Notes under the pieces: model-generated | What the model was told of the DNA's origin: nothing | The model's database searches: none | Seen by the model: the letters and a program-made list of their open reading frames with translations, nothing else | DNA from: an uncultured archaeon | GTDB taxonomy: Archaea; Thermoproteota; Bathyarchaeia; Bathyarchaeales; DTEX01 | Direction of reading: 5' to 3' | Length of the DNA stretch: 61,169 nucleotides | Assembly (NCBI GenBank): GCA_938091805.1 | Contig: CALKGV010000027.1 | Coordinates: forward strand, 1 to 61,169 | Translations under genes and position numbers: made by a program | Shown: positions 19,574 through 29,442 of the stretch, in pieces | Layout of the letters: the number at the start of each line of letters is the position of its first letter | How positions within the stretch are numbered: position 1 is the stretch's first letter

Positions 19574-20083
19574 GTGAAAGCTGAGATATGCCAGTTCTGT
19601 CTGAGAAGTGGGATACTATGTTCAAAATGTAAAGCGAAGTTAAGTAGGGGAGAAATTACCCCTCTAGATTTGGAAATCGCTCGCTTATTAGTTTCTATTG
19701 AAGATAAATATCCCATGCTTCAAGATGTATATTTCCATAAAGCCGTTGAGGCTGATGGGCTTCTCGCAATATTCGTCAAAAAGGGCGATATGAATAAAAT
19801 ATTGAGTTATGGAGGAAAAATAATCAGGTTTTTGGAGAATAAAACTGGAAAAGCAGTTCGCGTATTGGAATATAACACTGATGAAAGGAAGTTTTTGGAG
19901 GATCTCTTCGCACCATTAAGCATATTAACTATAAATAGGATTTGGCTGCCCGATGGGTCGGTTGAGACGAGGGTTATCCTTAAAGGGAAGGGTGGAAAAA
20001 AGGTTCTAGCAAATGTGGATGCGTTAAAGGAGATTGCTAAAAAAGTTAGGGGAACAATTCTTAGAATTGAATTTGCTGATTGA
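19574..20083 (+). CDS. zinc-ribbon plus NusA-like KH-domain RNA-binding protein
   Basis: N-terminal CQFC...CSKC. The C-terminal part (GGKIIRFLENKTGKAVRVLEYNTDERKFLEDLFAP...GKGGKKV) follows the NusA KH pattern. Confidence 0.55.
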   Translation: MKAEICQFCLRSGILCSKCKAKLSRGEITPLDLEIARLLVSIEDKYPMLQDVYFHKAVEADGLLAIFVKKGDMNKILSYGGKIIRFLENKTGKAVRVLEYNTDERKFLEDLFAPLSILTINRIWLPDGSVETRVILKGKGGKKVLANVDALKEIAKKVRGTILRIEFAD

Positions 20084-20097
20084 CGGTGACGCAGCGG

Positions 20098-21408
20098 ATG
20101 AAAAATGAAAATTGGAAGCGGACCCACTATACAATGGAGATAACGCCCAATATGGATGGTGAAGAGGTTGTTCTCACTGGCTGGATAAAGGAAATTAGGG
20201 ATTTAGGCGGCATAAAGTTTCTCATTTTAAGGGATAAGGAGGGAACCCTGCAGATTACTGTGCCAAAGGACGAGGTGGATGAGCTCACGCTTAAGCATGC
20301 GGAAAGCCTACAGCGTCAAGACTGCGTAAGCATTAGAGGGGTCGTTAAGAGAATGGATAAGGCCCCTAGGGGCGTTGAGATCATACCTAAAAACATAATT
20401 ATCCTCAACACGGCTAAGCAACCGCTTCCGTTAGATATTACTGGCAAAACTCCCGCAGACATAGATGTTAGGCTTGATGCTAGGGTGCTGGATCTCACTC
20501 GCGATGAGAATCGCGCAGTTTTCCAGATTCGACATGTGATTCTGGAAGCTATAAGGGACTTTCTTTCAAAAAACGGCTTCATAGAAATTCATACGCCTAA
20601 AATAATCGCGTCCGCAACCGAGGGCGGCGCTAACCTTTTCCCTGTAATGTACTTTGAGCGTGAGGCTTTTTTGGCGCAAAGCCCACAATTATATAAGGAG
20701 CAACTCGTAATAGATTTCGAAAAGGTTTATGAGATAGGTCCAACATTTAGGGCTGAGAAATCCCATACTAGGCGGCATCTAACGGAATTTACATCCATAG
20801 ATATTGAAGCAGCCTTCGCAACCGCTGAGGACGTGATGGAGATCGCTGAAAGATTAATACAGCATGTATGTAAAATGGTTGTTGAGAAATGCTGCGAAGA
20901 CCTAAAGACGCTGAAATATAAGGTTGAGGTTCCGGAGATGCCGTTTAAGCGGCTAACTTACGATGAGGTTATAAACGAGTTGAAGGACGCGGGGATAAAA
21001 ATTAATTGGGGCGAAGATATACCGACGATTGCTTACCGGACTCTTGGCAGACTGCACCCATACTTCTACTTTATAATTGATTGGCCGACAAGCATAAAGC
21101 CGTTTTATATAAAGCCTAGAGATGACAAACCTGAGTTAAGCGAGGGCTTTGACTTAATGTGGCATTGGATTGAAGTTGCCTCCGGTGGAACGCGCATACA
21201 TGATAAAGATCTTCTTATTAAGAGGCTGAGAGAGCAGAATCTGAATCCGGAATCCTTCAGGTTCCATCTGCAAGCCTTTGACTACGGTATGCCGCCTCAC
21301 GCTGGCTGGGCTATAGGACTTGAACGTCTAGTGATGATGCTGACTGGCGTGAGAAATATAAGAGAGGCAGTTTTATTCCCAAGGGATAGATTTAGGCTAA
21401 CCCCGTGA
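20098..21408 (+). CDS. aspS: aspartyl-tRNA synthetase (archaeal type)
   Basis: OB-fold N-domain, class II motifs (FRAE, GGTRIH, GLERL) and a C-terminal FPRD. ATG 20098 is preferred to TTG 20080. Confidence 0.93.
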   Translation: MKNENWKRTHYTMEITPNMDGEEVVLTGWIKEIRDLGGIKFLILRDKEGTLQITVPKDEVDELTLKHAESLQRQDCVSIRGVVKRMDKAPRGVEIIPKNIIILNTAKQPLPLDITGKTPADIDVRLDARVLDLTRDENRAVFQIRHVILEAIRDFLSKNGFIEIHTPKIIASATEGGANLFPVMYFEREAFLAQSPQLYKEQLVIDFEKVYEIGPTFRAEKSHTRRHLTEFTSIDIEAAFATAEDVMEIAERLIQHVCKMVVEKCCEDLKTLKYKVEVPEMPFKRLTYDEVINELKDAGIKINWGEDIPTIAYRTLGRLHPYFYFIIDWPTSIKPFYIKPRDDKPELSEGFDLMWHWIEVASGGTRIHDKDLLIKRLREQNLNPESFRFHLQAFDYGMPPHAGWAIGLERLVMMLTGVRNIREAVLFPRDRFRLTP

Positions 21409-21416
21409 AGAAGATA

Positions 21417-22637
21417 TTAACTTGGCGGAGGACGCGCCTCTAACCTAACTGGCAGAGTTAATTTTTCATTGCCCCTAATTATTGTCACATTAATTGTTTG
21501 CCCCGGCACCGTATTTTCCTCCAGATATGACGAAAGATCATCTATGCCAACTATTCTCTTATCGTTTATGGCTATGATTATGTCTCCGCCGATTGTTATT
21601 CTTTCACCGGCTATGTAAGCGAGCGTTGTTCCACCTCTTAAACCGGCTTTATCCGCCGGTCCGCCGTTTATGACCTTCGTTATTAACCATCCATATGTTA
21701 CATTAGTATTCATAGCCTTCGCGATTTCATAGGTCATGTCGATCCCGAATGCACCAAGCCACGGATGCTTGTTATATGAACCCTCAGTTACTAAGGACTC
21801 TATCTCCCGCAATATTGTGTTGGACGGTATGGCGAAACTTATGCCTTGGGAGCCGCTAACTATAGCCGTTGTTATCCCAACAACTTGGCCATCATGATTC
21901 AGTAACGGTCCGCCTGAATTGCCCGGATTTAAGGGCGCCGTGGTCTGTATGACGTTGGCTATTGGGTATCCGCCCGTTGTTTCCCCAGTTATCGTTCTTC
22001 CTAAGGCGCTGACTACGCCAACGCTCATTGAGCCGGTTAATCCAAATGGGCTTCCAATAGCTATAACTAGGTCGCCAACTTTGAGATTTGAGGAGCTAGC
22101 TATCTCAAGCGGGTAATATTCGTTTTCAGGGGCACTGGCTGAAAGCACCGCTAAATCAGCGTATGGATCGGAACCAAGCAAATATGCTGCATATCCATTT
22201 CCATTAGCAAAGGTTACAGTAATATTTACCGCGGTGCTAACTACATGGTAGTTTGTAATTATTACCATTCGACCGGTAAAGTTGTAAACGAAACCGGAGC
22301 CCTGAACTTGCCCTACATAGTAGGGTCGCCCAAATATGTCGTAACGTAATATCAATCCCCTCACTACAACAATGGAGTTTTTAACCCGCTCATAGAGCTC
22401 CGTAAGCGAAATGTTTCTCTCTAGGACGAAAACCGTAGCATTTTGAGTTGAGGCGCTCAGTGATTCTAAAGAGGAGTTCAGTCTCGAGAGGTCGTCTTTG
22501 AATTTTTGAATCTGGCTTTCCAGATCATTGATTCTTCTCGAAGCCGACATGTAGCCAACTGAGTAACCGAGAATTACGGCGAAAAATAGGCTTAATACGA
22601 CTATGGCGAGGAGAACGGTTAACTCGCCGATATTCAT
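21417..22637 (-). CDS. HtrA/DegP-family serine protease with a PDZ domain, membrane anchored
   Basis: GNSGGPL active-site box, trypsin-like core, C-terminal PDZ and an N-terminal TM helix plus coiled coil. Confidence 0.88.
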   Translation of the reverse strand: MNIGELTVLLAIVVLSLFFAVILGYSVGYMSASRRINDLESQIQKFKDDLSRLNSSLESLSASTQNATVFVLERNISLTELYERVKNSIVVVRGLILRYDIFGRPYYVGQVQGSGFVYNFTGRMVIITNYHVVSTAVNITVTFANGNGYAAYLLGSDPYADLAVLSASAPENEYYPLEIASSSNLKVGDLVIAIGSPFGLTGSMSVGVVSALGRTITGETTGGYPIANVIQTTAPLNPGNSGGPLLNHDGQVVGITTAIVSGSQGISFAIPSNTILREIESLVTEGSYNKHPWLGAFGIDMTYEIAKAMNTNVTYGWLITKVINGGPADKAGLRGGTTLAYIAGERITIGGDIIIAINDKRIVGIDDLSSYLEENTVPGQTINVTIIRGNEKLTLPVRLEARPPPS

Positions 22638-22842
22638 CCTCTTCCACTGTGGATCCGTAATCCCTCACCTCGATTCATACCGATTTAGATTTCTCGCTCC
22701 TCAATTTGGAGGAAGATTTCAAAGCCTATAAAGGTTTTTCAGAATTGAATCAAAATTATATAATGCGAGGGAAATAACTGTTCAGAATCATGAGGCACTC
22801 TTGAGCGCAGTTTAAGGCTTAATGTCTCGGAGCTGAAAAATA

Positions 22843-23166
22843 ATGGTTTACAGCGCCCGCGAGTTAAAATATCTACTCGGCTGGCTTATTGCGGGGACTA
22901 GGGGAGGCGCCATGAGGGCCCGAATAATTGCGGCTCTGAAGGAGGCTCCTAGAAATGCAAATCAGCTCGCGAATATTCTCGGCGTGGACTATAGGACCAT
23001 AAGGCATCATATTGAAATCCTTGAGAAAAACAAAATGATAGTCTCTGCCGGTGACAAGTATGGCGTCACCTATTTTCTCTCTCCCATTATGGAGGAGAAC
23101 TACGCATTGTTTGAGGAGATTTGGAAGAAATTTGGAGAAAAAGAGAAAAAGGAGGAAGGAAATTGA
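22843..23166 (+). CDS. ArsR-family winged-helix transcriptional regulator
   Basis: RARIIAALKE.PRNANQLANILGVDYRTIRHHIEILEKN. Confidence 0.8.
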   Translation: MVYSARELKYLLGWLIAGTRGGAMRARIIAALKEAPRNANQLANILGVDYRTIRHHIEILEKNKMIVSAGDKYGVTYFLSPIMEENYALFEEIWKKFGEKEKKEEGN

Positions 23167-23174
23167 TTGATAAG

Positions 23175-23729
23175 ATGGATAAGGATAGGAGAATAGCGCT
23201 TATAATTGTAGTTTTGTTAGCGGTAGCAGTTCTCTCAACTTTATGGAGCCTATATGTGACTGGCGTTCCGTTAGAGCGTCAAATCATGAGGAGACGCTGG
23301 GGTCTTACGGAGGGTCAAATGGGTGAGATTGAGCAGATAATAGAGAAATATCATAGAGGTGAAATCGGCTTAAGCGATCTTAGAAGGGTTTTGTGGTCAA
23401 GATTTAGTGAGTGGGGAATGGTTCCCCCACCGCCCATGTTGGATTTAGAATTATTCTACATCGTTAAGACAGTTATCTCCTCAGTTAACATTGCGATCGT
23501 GTTAATACTGCTGCTCATATACATGAACATATACCGTAAAACAAAAACCAACTTTACAATTGGACTGATAATATTCTCGCTTATACTTCTATTATACACT
23601 GTTTCTTCAAACCCAATTCTACAAACAATTTTCGGATATAGGGCATTCGGACTCGGCCCCTTCGCCATGCTGCCGGATGCATTCGCATTCATCGCCCTCC
23701 TAGTCCTACTATACCTCAGCCTCAAATAG
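23175..23729 (+). CDS. membrane protein (hypothetical)
   Basis: Several hydrophobic helices. ATG 23175 avoids the overlap with the ArsR gene implied by the ORF-track start at 23121. Confidence 0.55.
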   Translation: MDKDRRIALIIVVLLAVAVLSTLWSLYVTGVPLERQIMRRRWGLTEGQMGEIEQIIEKYHRGEIGLSDLRRVLWSRFSEWGMVPPPPMLDLELFYIVKTVISSVNIAIVLILLLIYMNIYRKTKTNFTIGLIIFSLILLLYTVSSNPILQTIFGYRAFGLGPFAMLPDAFAFIALLVLLYLSLK

Positions 23730-23848
23730 GAAAAAGTAGGCTGAGCGCTTAATTATCTTGGTTCTTCCCTAACTAGGAATCAATTTTGATGTAATTCTGA
23801 AAAACCCTTTTATACACTGGCCCACTTCATGCTTCGTGGTGAAGCGGA

Positions 23849-24385
23849 TTGAGGAGGACGATTCTGCCGGCTGTTTTAGGCTTAGCTGCATTAAGCGCTG
23901 TAATAGTCTCAGCGTATGGTGTCTTAGCATGGTATGGTGGTTATCCGAGGATAACCAGAGGGTGGGTTGAGCGTGGATCTACGTCTGTTTCAGCGGAGCC
24001 CCCATGTATCAGCGATGCGCAGAATTTCACGTGGGCTTTCAGACACAGCTGGAGATGGGCTCTGGGAAACAAATATTGTAGAGGGTTTGTGATAGAGTTA
24101 AGTGAGGGATTTAGGGAGAGGATTTTGAAGATAGCGAGCAGCGACACTGATGTTAAGAATCTTCTCAGCGAAGGCTATAATGTAAGTGACGTTAAAGTAA
24201 TTCACATGAAGTTCACAGTTCAAGAGAATGGGCAAATCATTATGGAATCTGATAAAGTCCTGTTAACGCTAATTAATGGCGAAGGCAGCAGAGCTTTTGT
24301 GGAAATAGACTTAAAGGCTGAAAAAGTTACGAAAATAACCATAGTGAACATGGCTGTAATTAATAAAAGCACATCGACGACGTAA
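23849..24385 (+). CDS. exported or membrane-anchored hypothetical protein
   Basis: N-terminal signal/anchor (ILPAVLGLAALSAVIVSAYG), located upstream of the FtsX-type ABC pair. Confidence 0.5.
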   Translation: MRRTILPAVLGLAALSAVIVSAYGVLAWYGGYPRITRGWVERGSTSVSAEPPCISDAQNFTWAFRHSWRWALGNKYCRGFVIELSEGFRERILKIASSDTDVKNLLSEGYNVSDVKVIHMKFTVQENGQIIMESDKVLLTLINGEGSRAFVEIDLKAEKVTKITIVNMAVINKSTSTT

Positions 24386-24426
24386 ACCACCTTTCCCTTT
24401 TTCTGATTGTTGGAGGTAGGCTGTGA

Positions 24427-25692
24427 ATGTTTTCCTGGAGCTTGGCGGTTAGGAACCTGAAGAGGCGGAGGTTAAGAACCGCCCTAACAGCATCGGGCAT
24501 AGTTGTCGGTATAAGCATGATGTTCATTCTGTTATCTCTGGTCTCCGGCATGGAGACCCAGGCGAGAAGTATGGTTCGAGCTTTAGGAGGAGCCGACATA
24601 ACCGTTTCCAACTCTACATCATTTAGGGATAGGATGGGTGGTGGAGGATTCTTCGGCGCCCTGCCAAGCCCCAGCACATTGGATGCTTCGATAGCGGAGA
24701 CTATAAGCGGGATTCCAGGGGTATATGCTGTCTCCCCTCAATTTTCATTCAGCGGATCCATTAATAGCAGAAGGGTTACAGTGTATGGTATTGAACCGCC
24801 GCTATTTGAGGTGGTCACTGGCGGACTAAATATTGTTGAGGGAAGGTTCCTCTCGGAAAACAGCTATGGAGAGATCGTTATGGGAAAGGCGCTAATGGAA
24901 ATCCTAAATCTAACATTGGGACAAACAGTTAGTCTCAGCGCAAGTCAGGAGGAAGAAGAGCGAATATTCGCTGTGGTCGGCGTATTCGAAACTGGAATGA
25001 TCTTTCAGGAGTATGTGGGCTACATTTCATTAGCCGATGCGCAGAATATTACCGGTGAATATGGACTTGTGACGCAAATACTCGTAAAATGCGAGGATCC
25101 CTCCATGGTCAGCGATGTCGCATCCTTAATATCATCAACTGTGCCGGGCGTTAGGGTTACAACGCCTACAGCCGCCATTCAGCAGGCAAGCCAGATGCTG
25201 AACACTTTAACAATGTTCTTTGCCACAATTGGTCTAGTGGCTTTGTTTGCTGGCAGCTTCGGTGTTACTAACACGATGATCATGTCTGTGACTGAGAGGA
25301 CCCGTGAGATCGGCGTCTTAAAGGCTATAGGCGCAAAGAACCATGATATAATGAAGATTTTCCTTGTGGAGTCTCTGCTGATTGGATTAATAGGCGGTGG
25401 CGTCGGCGTGGCTGTTGGAAGCATACTCGCATACGCATTTCCAATGTTAACCTCTGGACTATTCGCAGCTGGGGCTTCGCCGTTCGGGATGAGAAATCCG
25501 TTCTCCAGCGCGGTTAACCCGGAATTGGGCGGTAGGGCGACATCACCAATCATGTTTGCAACACCAGCAATAACGCCCCTGAACATCACAATATGCTTCT
25601 CTCTAGGGGCATTAGTCGGCATCCTAGCCGGGCTTTATCCAGCCTGGCGTGCTTCAAGGATGAAGCCCGTGGAGGCGCTTCGGCATGTCTAA
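24427..25692 (+). CDS. ABC transporter permease, FtsX/MacB type
   Basis: N-terminal TM, a large extracytoplasmic domain and a C-terminal FtsX domain (ERTREIGVLKAIGA). Confidence 0.88.
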   Translation: MFSWSLAVRNLKRRRLRTALTASGIVVGISMMFILLSLVSGMETQARSMVRALGGADITVSNSTSFRDRMGGGGFFGALPSPSTLDASIAETISGIPGVYAVSPQFSFSGSINSRRVTVYGIEPPLFEVVTGGLNIVEGRFLSENSYGEIVMGKALMEILNLTLGQTVSLSASQEEEERIFAVVGVFETGMIFQEYVGYISLADAQNITGEYGLVTQILVKCEDPSMVSDVASLISSTVPGVRVTTPTAAIQQASQMLNTLTMFFATIGLVALFAGSFGVTNTMIMSVTERTREIGVLKAIGAKNHDIMKIFLVESLLIGLIGGGVGVAVGSILAYAFPMLTSGLFAAGASPFGMRNPFSSAVNPELGGRATSPIMFATPAITPLNITICFSLGALVGILAGLYPAWRASRMKPVEALRHV

Positions 25693-26365
25693 GTTGATTG
25701 TTAGGACTATTGATTTAAGTAAGGTTTATAGGCGGGGAAAGGTTAACGTCCCAGCTCTGAACAACGTTAACCTCCAAGTCTCTTCAGGCGAGATAGTTGG
25801 CATTATGGGTCCGTCAGGGTCGGGCAAGACGACTCTTCTGAACATTATAGGTGGATTAGATAAGCCGACTCAGGGTAAAATCTTCGTTGACGGTGTAGAT
25901 ATAACATCGCTTAACGAGAAAGATCTAGCTGATTATAGACTTAAAAAAGTAGGCTTCATCTTCCAATTTTATAATCTCATACCAATACTGACGGCTCTGG
26001 AGAACGTTGAGATACCGTTAGCATTGATGGGGGCGCCTAAAGATGAGAGGCGGGAGAGAGCGCTCAGCCTCCTAAGGGTGGTTGGCTTAGAGAATAGGGC
26101 TGACCATAAGCCCGATGAACTGAGCGGCGGCGAGCAGCAGCGTGTAGCCATAGCCAGAGCCCTAGCGAACAACCCCTCCATAGTTTTGGCTGACGAGCCG
26201 ACAGGCGATTTGGACTCTAAGTCGGCTATGGCATTTATGAAGATTGTTAGGGATCTGAATAGGAGGAACAATCAGACATTCATTATAGTGACTCATGATC
26301 CGCTTGTTGTTGAACAATGCACAAAAATCTACACAATTAGAGATGGTCGGGTAGAATCGGCATAG
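25685..26365 (+). CDS. ABC transporter ATP-binding protein (MacB/LolD type)
   Basis: GPSGSGKTT, LSGGEQQRVAIARAL and LADEPTGDLD. An ATGTCTAA start/stop overlap joins it to the permease gene. Confidence 0.93.
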   Translation: MSKLIVRTIDLSKVYRRGKVNVPALNNVNLQVSSGEIVGIMGPSGSGKTTLLNIIGGLDKPTQGKIFVDGVDITSLNEKDLADYRLKKVGFIFQFYNLIPILTALENVEIPLALMGAPKDERRERALSLLRVVGLENRADHKPDELSGGEQQRVAIARALANNPSIVLADEPTGDLDSKSAMAFMKIVRDLNRRNNQTFIIVTHDPLVVEQCTKIYTIRDGRVESA

Positions 26366-26397
26366 CAAATAACTGGCGCTCTTTTTAGTCCAGTTTT

Positions 26398-26760
26398 CTA
26401 AGATATTTTTGATGAAACCTTCGGCAGAACATATGAGAGCACGAAGGCTAGGGTAAAAAGCACCAAAATCAAAATTGTGAGAATCATGAGGATTAAATCG
26501 CCGCTCACTGCATACCCATAAATAACGGCTCCAAGAGCAGCAGCTCCGGAAATAACCTCTATAAACCTCTTACTTTTTGAATCTCTTCTAACATAAAGTG
26601 TTGAAATTAGACTTATTGACGCAAACATGAAGGATGCGCCGAAAACTATTCCAACGATGCTCTTTTCAAATAATCCTCTCACAAGCCATAAAAGACCAAG
26701 CGCGATGAAAAGAGTACCTTGAACCCAAGCCCGTTTATCCTCATCAACCATTGGGATCAA
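26398..26760 (-). CDS. small membrane protein (hypothetical)
   Basis: 120 aa with four predicted hydrophobic helices. Confidence 0.5.
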   Translation of the reverse strand: MIPMVDEDKRAWVQGTLFIALGLLWLVRGLFEKSIVGIVFGASFMFASISLISTLYVRRDSKSKRFIEVISGAAALGAVIYGYAVSGDLILMILTILILVLFTLAFVLSYVLPKVSSKIS

Positions 26761-26824
26761 CCTAATTTTTCACATGATTACTAATAAATTTTTAGTTAAT
26801 GAATCACTCGTTGATCTGACTATT

Positions 26825-28198
26825 TTAGAAACCACTTTTTATTAATTGCCGGTCTGTTGAGGGCTTCATGAATTCCCTCAGAAGTATTGTTGCATACCCG
26901 CCTTTATGCAATGTGAAGCGGAATTTAACTGAGCTTTTCAATGGCTCAATTTTATCTTTAGAAATTTCGAAGCTAAAATCCATTATTTTCGCCAGCGCCG
27001 CCCTTAAGCCGCCTGGTATGTCAACCTTAATCATATGGGCGTTTCTAAAGTTCTCTTGCTTTAATCCCTCCTTTTCCAGAATCTCCCTTTCAATTTCGCC
27101 TTGCAACCCGCCTGATAGATGCTGCTTAAGTCCAATCAGCGGTATCGCAATGGCCATTTTCCCTTTCTTAATCTCCTTATTAACCAGTGAGATGTTGCTT
27201 AACTCAACTTTGATGAAGTTCTTCATCGGCATCCCTAAGCCATCAAGCTCTAAAACATAATCGCCTACATGCGCCTCCTTAAGGGGTATCCCACGCTTAA
27301 TTCTCTCACTTAAAATCTTGTTAAATAGAAAGGATTGATATGCTTGAACAAGAAGTTTACGAAGATTTAGTGGAAGCTTGTTTAAGGCTCCCAGAAAGTC
27401 ATTTGGGCTTCTTGAGAGGTGGGCAAGCATAAGTCTCTCATAAGTGAAGTTTTCGGGAAACTTTTTCAAGATCCTCCTGAAATCCATCGTCTCATTAATT
27501 TCCCTTCTCAGCATCCTAACCTTAGGGTTTTCAAATGGGCTTTCAAATGTTAGGAATGTTAGCACAGCGCTCTTAAAGTCGCCTTTAACTATGTGTCTCC
27601 CAACAACATGCGTTATAGGTCTGACGGTTCCAAACCTTTGATGCCCGAAGAAGCTGGGAACTCCACCGAAATCCGCTAGTTCATCGTTAATTCTCCTTAT
27701 TCTCCTCAGCACCGTTGATTCTTTAAGCCTTATTGAATTGACGGTTATTGTAAATTTGTTACCGAATAGTTTTTTAGATGATATATAATCGTTTGAGAAG
27801 CCAAGAGGCTTAACATATATATTTTTCAGGCATATGCCTGAAATTCTCTCAGCCGGCATCCCGCCTATACTTATATACTGCGCCGTTAGGGCTTCAGCGT
27901 CTTTTATTCCAGCGAATCCTATTCTATCTAGGCTTATACCTAATGCTCTCGCTATCTTTTCAACCGCAAGCAGTGTATCCCATTCCCTCTTAATTAAAAT
28001 ACATATAAGATAGCGCCCACGCTCATTTAGAACCGCACTATTTTCCTCCGGATGAACAGATGCCTTCGTCCCGTCTAGAAGGATCTCTTCAACGATGAAA
28101 TCCTCAATAGAACGCTTTATTACGCCGCCTAAACCGCTGGTTTTTGAGGCGTAAACCTCCATGCCGATTCCAACTTCAATCCTTGATATATTAGGCAT
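26825..28198 (-). CDS. truD: tRNA pseudouridine synthase TruD/Pus7 family
   Basis: FAGIKDAEALTAQY and GVPSFFGHQRFG blocks in a 457-aa protein. Confidence 0.85.
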   Translation of the reverse strand: MPNISRIEVGIGMEVYASKTSGLGGVIKRSIEDFIVEEILLDGTKASVHPEENSAVLNERGRYLICILIKREWDTLLAVEKIARALGISLDRIGFAGIKDAEALTAQYISIGGMPAERISGICLKNIYVKPLGFSNDYISSKKLFGNKFTITVNSIRLKESTVLRRIRRINDELADFGGVPSFFGHQRFGTVRPITHVVGRHIVKGDFKSAVLTFLTFESPFENPKVRMLRREINETMDFRRILKKFPENFTYERLMLAHLSRSPNDFLGALNKLPLNLRKLLVQAYQSFLFNKILSERIKRGIPLKEAHVGDYVLELDGLGMPMKNFIKVELSNISLVNKEIKKGKMAIAIPLIGLKQHLSGGLQGEIEREILEKEGLKQENFRNAHMIKVDIPGGLRAALAKIMDFSFEISKDKIEPLKSSVKFRFTLHKGGYATILLREFMKPSTDRQLIKSGF

Positions 28199-28211
28199 AA
28201 TGCAGCATCCT

Positions 28212-28601
28212 TTAGTAAAGCGTAAGGCTTCCAGTAATTTTATCTATGAGGTTTGAAGGCGCCGGACCTATGCCTAGAACAGTTATTGTGCCGGGCTTAA
28301 GCTCCGTCAAACCCATATCTGAAATTAGAGCTGTTGGAAGATTAAGATCCTTAGACTTTCTCTCTAGTTCTATGAGTTCGGCTTCGGAGTTCACTTTTAA
28401 GGCTATTTTGCATTGTCCGCTCTCGATCCATTCCTTCCACCATAAGAAATGATTTCTCCTAGCCTCCTCAGCCGATGAAACAGCTGCGTGGCTCGCCTGA
28501 ACAGCTGCCTTGCCGGGGCTCATCTTTAAATCGGCTCTAAGCACTATTACCTGCTTAATTTTGAAGTTCGACAATGTTTTAATCCTCTCTGCCCTAAACA
28601 T
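28212..28601 (-). CDS. pth: peptidyl-tRNA hydrolase, archaeal Pth2 type
   Basis: KQVIVLRADLKMSPGKAAVQASHAA....ITVLGIGPAP. Confidence 0.9.
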   Translation of the reverse strand: MFRAERIKTLSNFKIKQVIVLRADLKMSPGKAAVQASHAAVSSAEEARRNHFLWWKEWIESGQCKIALKVNSEAELIELERKSKDLNLPTALISDMGLTELKPGTITVLGIGPAPSNLIDKITGSLTLY

Positions 28602-28858
28602 TTTTACAGCGGCTTAAGATCGCATCAGAATAGCTCCTGCTCCCTTCTCTTTAACTTTTTCCCAGCGTCAGAATATTAATGCACATGTAGATTGGCATAT
28701 TAGAAACTGATATTTAAGCATCGATGAAAAGTATTGCAAAGAGAGGAGATTCTGTTGATACCTCTTTATTATAAAAAAGCATCTAGCCCTTTGAAACATA
28801 AAAAATATTATGGTGACAAGTTATCTTCTTATCATAATCTTCATATGAGGTATATTCT

Positions 28859-29392
28859 ATGAGCTGGGACGCGCGCTGGAGAGTGTTGGCGAACGCAATT
28901 ACTGATCTACGTAGAAGTGGTGTAAGTATACCGCCAAATGTTATTAGAGATTTACGCTCAGCAAAAACAATAATGGAAATTATTAAGGTTGATATGTCCC
29001 GCCCGGAACATATTTCCCGCCTTGAAGAATGCCTAGGTAGTATTGAATCTTATGTTCTTTCAACGGCTGAAAGCAGGCTTGGGTCGAGTTATGTAAATGC
29101 CTTATTAAGGAAACTCCACGAGGTGGAAAGAATCCGTGTTCAGGCTGAGATAGAAACCCAAGCGGGTTTTCATCCAGGCCTTCCAAGAGAAAAGAAGTGG
29201 TTAAGAATTCAGGTCAGCAATGAGATTCCAGTTGAAACGATTAGAAATATTGCCGATGAAACCGGCTTGGAATCTAGGATTCAGGAGGACGGATACGTGC
29301 TTATATTTGGTGAAGAAGAGAAAATTAAGGTTTTCATTAAAAGAATGGCCGAAATATCCCGCGCTATCAGAGGAAGCAGCCCTACGGATTAA
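28859..29392 (+). CDS. conserved archaeal hypothetical protein (possibly DUF2096-like)
   Basis: A 177-aa ORF 50 nt upstream of smc on the same strand. No motif is securely recognised. Confidence 0.45.
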   Translation: MSWDARWRVLANAITDLRRSGVSIPPNVIRDLRSAKTIMEIIKVDMSRPEHISRLEECLGSIESYVLSTAESRLGSSYVNALLRKLHEVERIRVQAEIETQAGFHPGLPREKKWLRIQVSNEIPVETIRNIADETGLESRIQEDGYVLIFGEEEKIKVFIKRMAEISRAIRGSSPTD

Positions 29393-29442
29393 ATGCAAGA
29401 GAGGGGATTTGATGAAGAACTGAGGAGGGAAAAAGCCTAGGG

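Noticed and set aside
19520-19584. Second ATGATGCGG..GCTCCG motif resembling a C box, similar to the one at 10993.
   Set aside because: The only CTGA lies inside the next coding region. The stretch is better explained as the albA terminator hairpin plus T5. The shared roughly 12-nt similarity is too short to interpret.
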